Source: Polyangiales bacterium (lineage in GTDB: Bacteria; Myxococcota_A; Polyangia; Polyangiales; Polyangiaceae). From it: 64,000 bases of DNA. Each line of letters begins with the position of its first letter. The stretch's first letter is position 1. This document shows, in pieces, positions 9,537 through 18,054 of this stretch. The DNA is taken from positions 352,001-416,000 of the forward strand of contig JBBRLQ010000001.1 in NCBI GenBank assembly GCA_038231275.1. Direction: 5' to 3'. Position numbers and translations under genes: made by a program. The notes below the pieces were generated by a model, which worked only from the letters and a program-made list of their open reading frames with translations, was not told the DNA's origin and did no database searches.

Positions 9537-9623
9537 TTTACGACGTAAATGCGGTCGGTACCGTGGCCGAGAATACGTGCCGGTCAAGGCTGGCATGCCT
9601 CGGCCGTCGGCTTACGTCGTAAA
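9537..9623. promoter_or_regulatory. Pair of palindromic operator-like boxes TTACG-N-CGTAA
   Basis: TTTACGACGTAAA at 9537-9549 and TTACGTCGTAAA at 9612-9623, upstream of CDS 8596-9522. Confidence 0.6.
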
Positions 9624-9655
9624 GTATCGGTGCGAGGCAGGAGGGCCGTGTGGGC

Positions 9656-9994
9656 TCAGGAGGGCGCGAGGCGGATCGCCTTCTCGGGGCACGCGACGAC
9701 GCACAGGCCACACGAGCGGCACGCGTCGGCGTTCGGAGTGTAGGCCGTCTTCTTTCCGTGGACGCGCAGCTTGAGCCGGACGAGCAGGCCGAGCGCGCGG
9801 TACTCGGCCTCGTCGATCGTCCGGACCTCGAAGACGTCGTATGGACACACCTGCACGCAGTCGCTCTTTCCCTCGCAGCGCGCGCGATCGACGACGGGGC
9901 GCGACGCGCCGGGCGACGCTTTGCACTCTTCGCCGGGCCGGTCGGGGTGCGCGGCGGCGCGCTTCGCCTTCTCGGGATCGCGAGACGTCGGCAT
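9656..9994 (-). CDS. Ferredoxin, 4Fe-4S dicluster family
   Basis: CEGKSDCVQVCP and CRSCGLCVVACPEKAI motifs. ATG at 9994. Confidence 0.9.
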   Translation of the reverse strand: MPTSRDPEKAKRAAAHPDRPGEECKASPGASRPVVDRARCEGKSDCVQVCPYDVFEVRTIDEAEYRALGLLVRLKLRVHGKKTAYTPNADACRSCGLCVVACPEKAIRLAPS

Positions 9995-10040
9995 GGCGGG
10001 TAGATCTACCACGGGCCGTGTACGCTGCCGCTCGCGAGGG

Positions 10041-10063
10041 GCGTAAAGGAGCGTAAAGGAGCG
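10041..10063 (+). repeat. 10-bp tandem duplication containing the Shine-Dalgarno sequence
   Basis: GCGTAAAGGA x2 plus GCG, immediately before ATG 10069. Confidence 0.85.
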
Positions 10064-10068
10064 ACGCG

Positions 10069-10737
10069 ATGAAGGTGATCCTCTTCGGAGCGACCGGCAT
10101 GGTCGGACAGGGCGTGCTGCGCGAGTGCCTTCTCGACGCGGAGGTTTCTCAGGTCCTCGCGGTCGGGCGCGCCGCGACGGGGCAGACGCACGACAAGCTC
10201 CGCGACGTCGTGCTCGCCGATCCCGGAGACCTCGCATCGATCGCGTCGGACCTCGCCAGCGTCGATGCGTGCTTCTTCTGCCTCGGCGTGTCGGCGGCAG
10301 GCATGAGCGAAGCGGACTACCGGCGCGTGACGTTCGATCTCACCCTGAAGGTGGCGCGCCAGCTCCTCAAGGCAAACCCCAATGCGACGTTCATCTACGT
10401 CTCCGGCGCAGGAACCGACTCGACCGCGCGCGGAGGGACGATGTGGGCGCGCGTGAAGGGCGAGACCGAGAACGCGCTCCTCGCGATGCCGTTCGCGGCG
10501 GCGTACATGTTCCGGCCTGCGATGATCCAGCCGCTGCACGGCATCCGATCGCGCACGGCGCTCTACCGCGTCGTGTACACGATCCTGTGGCCGATCTTGC
10601 CGCTGGCGAAATCGCTCGTCCCCGGCTTCGTCACGACCACCGAGCTCGTCGGGCGCGCCATGCTCGCGGTCGGCAAGCGCGGCGCGCCGTAGAAGGTCCT
10701 CGAGAACCGGGACCTCAACGAGCTCGGCAAGGCGTGA
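10069..10737 (+). CDS. NAD(P)-binding Rossmann protein (YraR/TIP30-like) with in-frame TAG at 10690
   Basis: FGATGMVGQG, FFCLG, YVSGAG, WARVKGETEN. After the TAG the frame continues KVLENRDLNELGKA to TGA at 10735-10737. Confidence 0.85.
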
Positions 10738-10749
10738 CGCGCAGAGCGA

Positions 10750-11184
10750 TCAGAGCAGCTTCGCCGAGAGCGTGATCGGCGTCGCCGCGAGGGCCTTCGA
10801 GACCGGGCAGCCCTTCTTCGCGGTTTCGGCGATCGTCTGGAACTTGGCGGCGTCGATGCCCGGCACGCGCCCCTCGAGCTCGAGCGCGATGGTCTTGATC
10901 GCGAAGCCGCCCTCGACCTTTTGCAGATCGACCCCTGCCGTGACGCGAAGCTCCTCCGCGACGTGGCCAGCCTCGGTCAACGCGAAGGCGAGCGCCATCG
11001 CGAAGCAACCGGCGTGAGCGGCACCGATGAGCTCCTCCGGGTTGGTCCCCGCTTTGCCGTCCTCGCTCTGGAAGCGGGTGTTGAAGCCGTACGGCTGGTC
11101 CGTGAAGGCGCCGCTCTGCGTCGTGAGCGCGCCCTTTCCGTGAAGTCCGTCGCCCTGCCAACGTGCCGTGCTCTTGCGGATCAT
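10750..11184 (-). CDS. osmC: OsmC family peroxiredoxin
   Basis: GTNPEELIGAAHAGCFAMAL and AKKGCPVSKAL, SD AAGGAG upstream. Confidence 0.95.
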   Translation of the reverse strand: MIRKSTARWQGDGLHGKGALTTQSGAFTDQPYGFNTRFQSEDGKAGTNPEELIGAAHAGCFAMALAFALTEAGHVAEELRVTAGVDLQKVEGGFAIKTIALELEGRVPGIDAAKFQTIAETAKKGCPVSKALAATPITLSAKLL

Positions 11185-11252
11185 GTCGATCTCCTTCTTG
11201 GGTCTCGGTCACTTAATGGACGCGGCCCCCGACCGCAATCCTGCCCGCGCTC

Positions 11253-11258
11253 TATACT
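11253..11258 (+). promoter_or_regulatory. -10 hexamer TATACT of a likely leaderless aceK transcript
   Basis: TATACT, 6-nt spacer, GTG 11265, no SD. Confidence 0.55.
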
Positions 11259-11264
11259 CGAGCC

Positions 11265-13028
11265 GTGCCGCACTCTTCGGTCCGCCCACCCGACGACGCG
11301 CACGGCGCCGCGCGCGCGATCGTCGAGGGGTTCGACAAGCACTACCGTCTCTTTCGCACCATCAGCGCGCAGGCCAAGCAGCGCTTCGAACGCGGCGACT
11401 GGACCGGCGTGCAGCGCGCGAGCGTCGAGCGCATCGACATGTACGATCGCCGCGTCGAAGAGGGCGTGCGCCTCGTCAAGGAGCGCTGCCCCGCTGCGGT
11501 GAACGAGGCGCTGTGGCCGGCCATCCGGCTCGCCTTCATCACGCAGCTCGTGAACCACCAGCAGCCCGAGCTCGCGCAGACCTACTTCAACTCGGTCGCC
11601 ACGCGCGTGCTCGGTCGCGCCTACTACAAGAGCGACGTCATGTTCCGGCGCTCGGTGGTCTCGGCCGAGCACATCGAGTCGATCCAGAAGACGTGGACTT
11701 GCTACTACCCGCAGGATCAGGGTCTGCGCCCGATGATCCGGCAGGTGCTGACGGACCTTCAGCTCGCGAACGCGTGGGAGGATCTCGAGCGCGACATCCG
11801 CGCGATGATCCAAGCAATACTCGAGTTCGTGCCGGGCGCGCGCGAGGTCCACACCAACGCGCAGGTCCAGGTGCTCTCGTCCCTCTTCTACCGGAACCAG
11901 GCGGCGTACCTCATCGGCGTCATCATCAACGGACACGAGCGCACGCCGTTCGCGGTCCCGATTCGCCACAACGGCCGACGCGAGCTCTACATCGACGCGC
12001 TCCTCCTCCACCGCGCCGAGCTTGGCGCGCTCTTCTCCCTCGCGCGCGCGTACTTCAGGGTCGACATGGAGGTGCCGGCGGCGTTCATCTCGTTCTTGCG
12101 TTCGATCTTCCCCGACAAGGGGAACGCCGAGCTCTACACCGCGCTCGGCCTACAAAAGCAGGGCAAGACCCTCTTCTACCGCGACATGGTAGAGCACCTG
12201 CGGCACTCGTCGGACGACTTCGTCCCCGCGCCCGGCGTGCCCGGCATGGTGATGGTCGTCTTCACGCTGCCGTCGTTCCCCTACGTCTTCAAGGTCATCC
12301 GCGACGCCTTCGAGGCGCCCAAGGACTCCGATCGCGCGCGCGTCATGGCGCAGTACCAGCGCGTGAAGAACCACGATCGCGTGGGGCGCCTCGCCGACAC
12401 CCTGGAGTTCGCCGACGTCGCGTTTCCGCTGAGCCGCTTCTCGCCGGCGCTCCTCGAAGAATTGAACGCGAAGGCGGCGTCGGCGATCGAGCGCGTCGGC
12501 GATCGCGTCGTCATCAAGCACATGTACATCGAGCGGCGCATGACCCCGCTCGATCTCTACCTCCGCCAGGCGGGGGGCGACGAGGAAGCCCTGCGCCACG
12601 GCCTCCGCGAGTACGGCAACTGCGTCCGCGAGCTGGCCCTCGCCAACATCTTCCCTGGCGACTTGCTCCTCAAGAACTTCGGCGTCACGCGCTTCGGCCG
12701 CGTCGTCTTCTACGACTACGACGAGCTCGCGCTCCTCACCGAGTGCAACTTCCGCGATCTGCCGACGGCCGTGCACGACGAAGACGAGTATGCGGCGGAG
12801 CCGTGGTTCTCCGTCGCGCCGAACGACATCTTCCCCGAGGAGATCCCGAAGTTCCTCTTCCCCGAGGCGCGATGGAAGGCGATTTTCTTCGAGGAGCACC
12901 CGACGCTCTTCACGAGCGAGTTCTGGCGCACGACGCAGCGCCGGGTGGCGGCGGGAGAGCAGCTCGCGTTCTTTCCCTATCCGCTCACCCGCCGCTTCCC
13001 GCACGCGCACGTGGAGGCGGGGAGCTGA
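11265..13028 (+). CDS. aceK: Isocitrate dehydrogenase kinase/phosphatase
   Basis: ELAQTYFNSV, GLQKQGKTLFYR, APGVPGMVMVVFTLPSFPYVFKVIRD, HDRVGRLADT, NIFPGDLLLKNFGVTRFGRVVFYDYDE. Confidence 0.97.
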   Translation: MPHSSVRPPDDAHGAARAIVEGFDKHYRLFRTISAQAKQRFERGDWTGVQRASVERIDMYDRRVEEGVRLVKERCPAAVNEALWPAIRLAFITQLVNHQQPELAQTYFNSVATRVLGRAYYKSDVMFRRSVVSAEHIESIQKTWTCYYPQDQGLRPMIRQVLTDLQLANAWEDLERDIRAMIQAILEFVPGAREVHTNAQVQVLSSLFYRNQAAYLIGVIINGHERTPFAVPIRHNGRRELYIDALLLHRAELGALFSLARAYFRVDMEVPAAFISFLRSIFPDKGNAELYTALGLQKQGKTLFYRDMVEHLRHSSDDFVPAPGVPGMVMVVFTLPSFPYVFKVIRDAFEAPKDSDRARVMAQYQRVKNHDRVGRLADTLEFADVAFPLSRFSPALLEELNAKAASAIERVGDRVVIKHMYIERRMTPLDLYLRQAGGDEEALRHGLREYGNCVRELALANIFPGDLLLKNFGVTRFGRVVFYDYDELALLTECNFRDLPTAVHDEDEYAAEPWFSVAPNDIFPEEIPKFLFPEARWKAIFFEEHPTLFTSEFWRTTQRRVAAGEQLAFFPYPLTRRFPHAHVEAGS

Positions 13029-13060
13029 ACATCGCCTACTTCACGTCCCGCAGGACGAAG

Positions 13061-13225
13061 TCATCCTCCGCGTCGGGCATCAGGCGATGGCGATCGCGAA
13101 CGAACGCACGGATTGGCTCGGCGGACGCCCCGGCGCGTTTGCCAGATCGCGGTGTGAAACTCCGTGGCCACGAAGAGCGGCACAGTGAACAAGAGGAGAA
13201 GTGCGGCGCGGAGCAGCCGTGCCAT
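13061..13225 (-). CDS. Putative 54-aa small membrane protein (not in ORF track)
   Basis: MARLLRAALLLLFTVPLFVATEFHTAIWQTRRGVRR... preceded by TAGTGT and a 7-nt spacer (leaderless pattern). Confidence 0.4.
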   Translation of the reverse strand: MARLLRAALLLLFTVPLFVATEFHTAIWQTRRGVRRANPCVRSRSPSPDARRGG

Positions 13226-13271
13226 CCAGGCCACACTACAGATTCAGCCGACCTGGCGCTCGTGCGCGTCG

Positions 13272-13541
13272 TCAGCGCAGTCGAGCGAGCTGACGTGCCG
13301 CGTTCGCGGCGAGCGAGGCAGGCGCAGAGCGCAACCGCGCGCGAAGCTCGTGGCTCGCGTGCTTCGACCGCGTGGGATCCATCTCACAAAACGTCATGCC
13401 GATCGTCAGCCCGAGGAGCACGCTGAGCACGAAGATACGCAGGCGCCCGAAGCGTAGGCGCATGAGCAGCGGACGCACGCTGTCGGGATCGACGAGCTCT
13501 ACGTCGTGCAGTGAGAGAAGGATGGTCGCTCGACTGTTCAT
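13272..13541 (-). CDS. Putative 89-aa single-TM protein
   Basis: ATG 13541 with GAGGG SD-like sequence upstream, hydrophobic IFVLSVLLGLTIGMTF segment. Confidence 0.45.
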   Translation of the reverse strand: MNSRATILLSLHDVELVDPDSVRPLLMRLRFGRLRIFVLSVLLGLTIGMTFCEMDPTRSKHASHELRARLRSAPASLAANAARQLARLR

Positions 13542-13723
13542 TTGCCCCTCGCGACGTCGCGGCGAGGGGTTGCATGGACCGTGCGCACGGCGAGGCACGC
13601 GCGCTTTCGCGGATCTACGCGACGCCCTGGTTCGCGCGTGAACCAGGTCGCTGAGGGCCAACGGCAGCAACCCCCGTGTGGGATGCCGCCGCGCGAGCGC
13701 CGCACCTTCTCGGAGGAGCGGTG

Positions 13724-14704
13724 TCACGGCGTCAGCAGCCGCTCGCTCAGCTCCCAGAGACGCTGCGCGGAATCCGGATCGATCGAGCTCGACGCAACTT
13801 CGGACGGAATGCTGTCCGCGGTGAGGGTTCTCGGCTCGTCGTCGAGCCGGGAGATGTCATTGTCCTTCAGATAGACGCCTCCGATCTCGGCGAGCAGCGG
13901 ACTCGTCGCCGCGAACACGATGGTGCTCGCGCCTTGGGGCAGCGTCTTCTTGCCACGCTCCGGATCGATGATCGGCTTACCGGCTTCGTCGATCAGCCCC
14001 ATCGCCCGTAGCGCGTCTGGCCCCGCCGAGTTGTTCAAGCCCGTGCCGACGACGACCCCAGGATGCACCGCGTAGCCTCGGACTCCGTCTCCCGCCCAAC
14101 GGCGATCCAGCTCGACCGCGAACAGCACGTTGGCCTTCTTGGACTGCGCGTACGCGGCCCGAGAATCGTAGCCCGTGGCGAAGTTCGGATCGTCCCACCG
14201 GATCTGGCCGAACCGCTGCGCGCCGGACGACACGTTGACGACGCGGGCGCCATGCGCCGCGCGGAGGGCGGGCAAGAGGCCGAGCGTTAGCTGAAAATGA
14301 CCGAGGTGACTGGTGGCAAACTGCAATTCGTAGCCGCGCGCGTCCCGAACGAGCGTCTTCGAAGGAAGCGGAGCGGCGTTGTTGACGAGGATGTGGAGCG
14401 GACGCCGCGAGTCGAGCCAGCGGGTCGTGAACGCGTCGATCGACTTCGGGTCGAGAAGATCCAGTTGGCTGACGTCGACGCGTGCAAGTCCGGCGACCGC
14501 GCGGGCGGCGCGGTCCGGTTCGCGCGAGCCCACGGTGACGGACGCGCCAGCCTTGACGAGCGCGCGCGTCGTTTCGAGACCGAGCCCGGCGTGGCCGCCC
14601 GTGACGATGACGTTCTTGCCACCGAGGTCGATGCCGGCCAGGACCTCGTCCGCAGTCGACGCTGGGGTGAATCCGGTCCCGATGGGGTGCTGTTTGTGGA
14701 TCAT
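13724..14704 (-). CDS. SDR family oxidoreductase (retinol-dehydrogenase-like)
   Basis: VTGGHAGLG, LVNNAA, SHLGHF, VNVSS, YAQSK and VHPG motifs. Confidence 0.93.
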   Translation of the reverse strand: MIHKQHPIGTGFTPASTADEVLAGIDLGGKNVIVTGGHAGLGLETTRALVKAGASVTVGSREPDRAARAVAGLARVDVSQLDLLDPKSIDAFTTRWLDSRRPLHILVNNAAPLPSKTLVRDARGYELQFATSHLGHFQLTLGLLPALRAAHGARVVNVSSGAQRFGQIRWDDPNFATGYDSRAAYAQSKKANVLFAVELDRRWAGDGVRGYAVHPGVVVGTGLNNSAGPDALRAMGLIDEAGKPIIDPERGKKTLPQGASTIVFAATSPLLAEIGGVYLKDNDISRLDDEPRTLTADSIPSEVASSSIDPDSAQRLWELSERLLTP

Positions 14705-14790
14705 GTCACCCGTACTTACGGCTCGTGACGACTCTTCGATTGGAAGGATCGGACATTTCATCTTCGCGCCGGCTTGAACGCCAGGCTTGG

Positions 14791-15579
14791 ATGCGCGAGA
14801 ACGAAGGGGTGACGCAAACGATCGAGTCGATCTCGACCTTCCCGCTCTCGCGCTCGGTCGAGAGCGTTCGTTCCATCGCATCGATCGGCGGTCGCGCCCA
14901 TCGCGTCGATCGGCTCCCCGATGGCAGAACGTGCCTGGTCGTCCGCGTGATCGAGGGAGGGCGCGGCGGCGACGTGACCGTGGTGGGCCCGCGGACTCGC
15001 GCGCTACTCAAGGATGCGACCGGCTTCGTGCAGGCGGTGATCCTCCAATTCAAGCCTGGCTGGGGGACGCCACTGCTCGGCGTGGCCGCGAACGAGCTGA
15101 CCAACGAGTTCGTCACGCTCGAAAACATCTGGGGCCGCTCGGGTCGCGATCTCGCGTACGAGCTCCTCCGCGCGAAGAGCGTTCCGGAGATGCTCAATCG
15201 GGTCGCGCGCGCCTTCGCCGCCCGTACCCGGCAGACGTTCGAGCCCACGTCAGCACCGCTCGCGCGCCACGCGGCGCACATGATGGAAGAAGAGGAGGTC
15301 CAGGTCGGAAGCGTCGCGGCTCGCCTCGGTGTCACGACTCGGCACCTCCATCGAGCCTTCGCCGAGAACATCGGCATCGGGCCGAAAGCGTTCGCGCGGT
15401 CGGCTCGCCTTCAGCGCGCCGTGCGGAGGGCTGCGACCTCGAACGATTGGGCCCGCATCGCCGCCGACGCCGGCTACTACGACCAAGCGCACCTCATTGC
15501 CGACTTCCGGGAGCTCGTTGGCCTCACCCCGGGCGCCTTCGTCAAGCGCGCCCGCGAAGGCGGAGCTCAGTCCGGCTGA
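14791..15579 (+). CDS. AraC family transcriptional regulator (start 14791 or GTG 14809)
   Basis: LPDG N-terminal motif, HTH RHLHRAFAENIGIGPKAFAR, WARIAADAGYYDQAHLIADFR. Divergent from the SDR gene. Confidence 0.92.
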   Translation: MRENEGVTQTIESISTFPLSRSVESVRSIASIGGRAHRVDRLPDGRTCLVVRVIEGGRGGDVTVVGPRTRALLKDATGFVQAVILQFKPGWGTPLLGVAANELTNEFVTLENIWGRSGRDLAYELLRAKSVPEMLNRVARAFAARTRQTFEPTSAPLARHAAHMMEEEEVQVGSVAARLGVTTRHLHRAFAENIGIGPKAFARSARLQRAVRRAATSNDWARIAADAGYYDQAHLIADFRELVGLTPGAFVKRAREGGAQSG

Positions 15580-15649
15580 GGGTGCTCGGTCGACGCTGCG
15601 GCGACAGGTCGAGGACGGGTGATCCGCGCCGGCACGCCGGACCGAAAAA

Positions 15650-15739
15650 TGGCGGAGGAGGAGAGATTCGAACTCCCGGACAGCTTGCACCGTCGGCGGT
15701 TTTCAAAACCGCTGCCTTAGACCACTCGGCCACTCCTCC
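15650..15739 (-). tRNA. tRNA-Ser(TGA), CCA encoded
   Basis: Reverse complement GGAGGAGTGGCCGAGTGGTCTAAGGC, anticodon arm GCGGT-TTTGAAA-ACCGC, long variable arm, GTTCGAATC, CTCCTCCGCCA. Confidence 0.97.
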
Positions 15740-15898
15740 GAAGCTTGTTTTTAGCGGCTCGCGCTCATCGCGGCGAGTATCTTCGACCTCCTCGTCTCGC
15801 TGCCGGCAGTTCTACCCTAGGTGCGGAGGTGGAAATCCCCGCGTCTGTCGGTCGAGTCGTCCGCGGGCGGCGCCACGGCACGAATTGGCACGTGCTCC

Positions 15899-15951
15899 GC
15901 CGCGATTTTGCCGCGATTTGAGGGCACCTGGCGGGTGGCGCACGGGTTGCT
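15899..15951 (+). promoter_or_regulatory. Putative sigma54 promoter with upstream 10-bp direct repeats
   Basis: TGGCGCA-CGGG-TTGCT at 15936-15951. GCCGCGATTT at 15899 and 15910 (11-bp period). Confidence 0.55.
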
Positions 15952-15962
15952 ACGTGACGCGC

Positions 15963-16631
15963 ATGCTTCGCCCCTTCAGAGCCCTGTTTTTGGCTGCGAC
16001 GATTGCGCCGGTCGCTGCGGCGTGCGGCGGCAAAGCTTCGTCGGACGGGGGCGCCGTCGGGTCGAGCGGGGCAGGCGGGTCCAGCGGCGGCGGAGGGACG
16101 TCCAGCGGCGCGAGCGGCGCGAATGGCGCGAGCGGCGCGAATGGCTCGAACGGCGCGAATGGTTCGAGCGGCGGCCAGGGGAGCACGTGCGAAGGGGACC
16201 TGGCCGGCCCCTGCATGGTGTGCAACGGCGGCTTCGCGAGCACGGTCCCGCCACGTTGCCGTCCAGGCGAGTGGATGCAATGCCCGGCCGGCAGCACCGA
16301 GGTCATCTGTTCGGGCGGCACGCTCGGCGCTGCATGCGATCCGACGACGGGCGCGCCGGGCTGCGCATCCCAAGCGCCGCACTGCGGGTCGAAGCAGTGC
16401 ACGTTGAACCAGGTCTGCGTCCGCCTCGGCGACGCGGACGGTGGCAGCGACGCGGGCTCGGCCTTCTCTTGCGAGCCGTTTCCCGGGGCGTGCGCAGTGC
16501 CGAACGTTACGCGCGCAGAGCAGTGCACGTGCCTTGCGGGCCACCTCTCGCCCGACGCCGGCGGGACGACGTGTGCGAGCTACACGTGCGACCAAACGAG
16601 CGGGCGACCCGAGCTCACCTGCCAGCGCTGA
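15963..16631 (+). CDS. Cys-rich lipoprotein
   Basis: Lipobox VAAAC, SG/ANG linker, many Cys in the mature part. Confidence 0.75.
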   Translation: MLRPFRALFLAATIAPVAAACGGKASSDGGAVGSSGAGGSSGGGGTSSGASGANGASGANGSNGANGSSGGQGSTCEGDLAGPCMVCNGGFASTVPPRCRPGEWMQCPAGSTEVICSGGTLGAACDPTTGAPGCASQAPHCGSKQCTLNQVCVRLGDADGGSDAGSAFSCEPFPGACAVPNVTRAEQCTCLAGHLSPDAGGTTCASYTCDQTSGRPELTCQR

Positions 16632-16786
16632 ATGAAGCGAAGCGCAGCGGAGCGAAACGACTCCTGACGGAGAGGCCGGCATGGCGCCGGCGGCGACGGA
16701 CTGCGGGGCGCGAGGCGGCGATCGGGGGGGGCTACCGCTATGCCGAACAATGCGTATGTTCGTCGTCATACCGGAGAAAAGACCCC

Positions 16787-17485
16787 ATGATGACCCTCAG
16801 GCGCGCAAACGAGCGTGGCCACGCCGAGCACGGCTGGCTCGACAGCTACCACACGTTTTCGTTCGCAGATTACCACGACGACGAGCACATGGGCTTCCGC
16901 GCCCTGCGCGTCATCAACGAGGATCGCGTCGCGCCGGGCAAGGGATTCGGCACGCACGGGCATCAGGACATGGAGATCATCTCGTACGTTCTCGAAGGTG
17001 CCCTCGAGCACAAGGACTCGATCGGCACCGGCAGCGTCATCCGCCCCGGCGACGTGCAGCGCATGAGCGCGGGCACCGGCGTTCGCCACAGCGAGTTCAA
17101 CGCGTCGAAGGAGGAGCAGGTCCACTTCCTCCAGATTTGGATCACCCCCGACAAGGCCGGCCACGCGCCGGGCTACGAAGAGAAGAGATTCACCGTGGAG
17201 GACAAGCAGGGGCGCCTCCGCCTCGTGGCGTCTCCCGACGGACGCGACGGGAGCGTGACCATCCACCAGGACGCGACGCTCTACGCCGGCGTCTTCAAAG
17301 AGGGCGAGCGCGCGACGTTCGAGATCGCGCCGAGGCGGTACGCGTGGGTCCACGTCGCGAAGGGCTCGGTGCGCGTGAACGGCGAGGTCCTGCGCGCCGG
17401 AGACGCCGCGTCGTTCGACGAGGCCGGGAAGATCGAGATCTCCGGGCAAGACGCCGGCGAGGTGCTCCTCTTCGATTTGGCCTAA
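16787..17485 (+). CDS. Pirin family protein (YhhW-like)
   Basis: [54 protein letters not shown]. Confidence 0.95.
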   Translation: MMTLRRANERGHAEHGWLDSYHTFSFADYHDDEHMGFRALRVINEDRVAPGKGFGTHGHQDMEIISYVLEGALEHKDSIGTGSVIRPGDVQRMSAGTGVRHSEFNASKEEQVHFLQIWITPDKAGHAPGYEEKRFTVEDKQGRLRLVASPDGRDGSVTIHQDATLYAGVFKEGERATFEIAPRRYAWVHVAKGSVRVNGEVLRAGDAASFDEAGKIEISGQDAGEVLLFDLA

Positions 17486-17518
17486 TTTCAGCCCGATCGA
17501 GGCTGACGAGCGGCTCGC

Positions 17519-18043
17519 TCAGTCGTTCTTCGCGCCGCCGGCGATCCAGCTCGCGATGAGCGCCGCGTCGTCGGCGCCGAGCGCCGGGCCTCCGAGCGGC
17601 ATCTTTCCGCCGCATGGCGTCGGGGTGCCGGGGTTGATCTTCTGAAAGAGGATGCTCGCCCCTGTGTCGCCCGGCGTGACGCGCGTGCCCTTGCCGCCGC
17701 ACTCGATGCCCGACGTCGGCGTGCCGACGAGGTTGGTGTAGGCGGCGGCCTTGCTCGTCATGTCGAGGTGTCCGTCGGTGACGCCCGCGCCGGTCGCGGT
17801 CGTGTGGCAGAGGATGCATTTGATCTGGATGATGTCCGTGTAGATCTGCGTGAACGTCGCGGGCGTGGTCGCGTCGCCGCCGGCGTCCCCGCTGCCGCTC
17901 GATCCACTGGAGCCACTCGAGCCACTGGACCCGCTCGATCCGCTGGAGCCGGCGTCGACGTTGGGCGGGTTGCTCTTCGAGCTGCTCGAGCAGCCGGCGG
18001 CAACGGCGAGCGCCGCGATCACGATCGAGCCGAAAAACCGCAT
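17519..18043 (-). CDS. Mono-heme c-type cytochrome lipoprotein
   Basis: Lipobox AAGC, SG linker, CILCH heme motif, distal GKMP, IASWIAGGA end. SD GAGGAG before ATG 18043. Confidence 0.75.
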   Translation of the reverse strand: MRFFGSIVIAALAVAAGCSSSSKSNPPNVDAGSSGSSGSSGSSGSSGSSGSGDAGGDATTPATFTQIYTDIIQIKCILCHTTATGAGVTDGHLDMTSKAAAYTNLVGTPTSGIECGGKGTRVTPGDTGASILFQKINPGTPTPCGGKMPLGGPALGADDAALIASWIAGGAKND

Positions 18044-18054
18044 GAACGTGCTCC

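Noticed and set aside
10690-10692. Genome-wide TAG recoding or pyrrolysine
   Set aside because: Only one internal TAG was found among about 50 genes, many genes end properly at TAG, and no pyl genes are in the window.
13560-13600. Sigma54-like GCGCACG-N4-ATGCA upstream of the 89-aa ORF
   Set aside because: Lacks the invariant -24 GG dinucleotide.
5813-15739. Region bracketed by two same-strand tRNA-Ser genes as a possible integrated island
   Set aside because: The tRNAs are different full-length isoacceptors, not an att duplication. There is no integrase and the interior includes host-like genes such as aceK and osmC.
15650-15739. tRNA with TGA in the anticodon loop as a selenocysteine or opal suppressor tRNA
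   Set aside because: Anticodon TGA reads UCA (Ser). tRNA-Sec would have anticodon TCA and an 8-bp acceptor stem.
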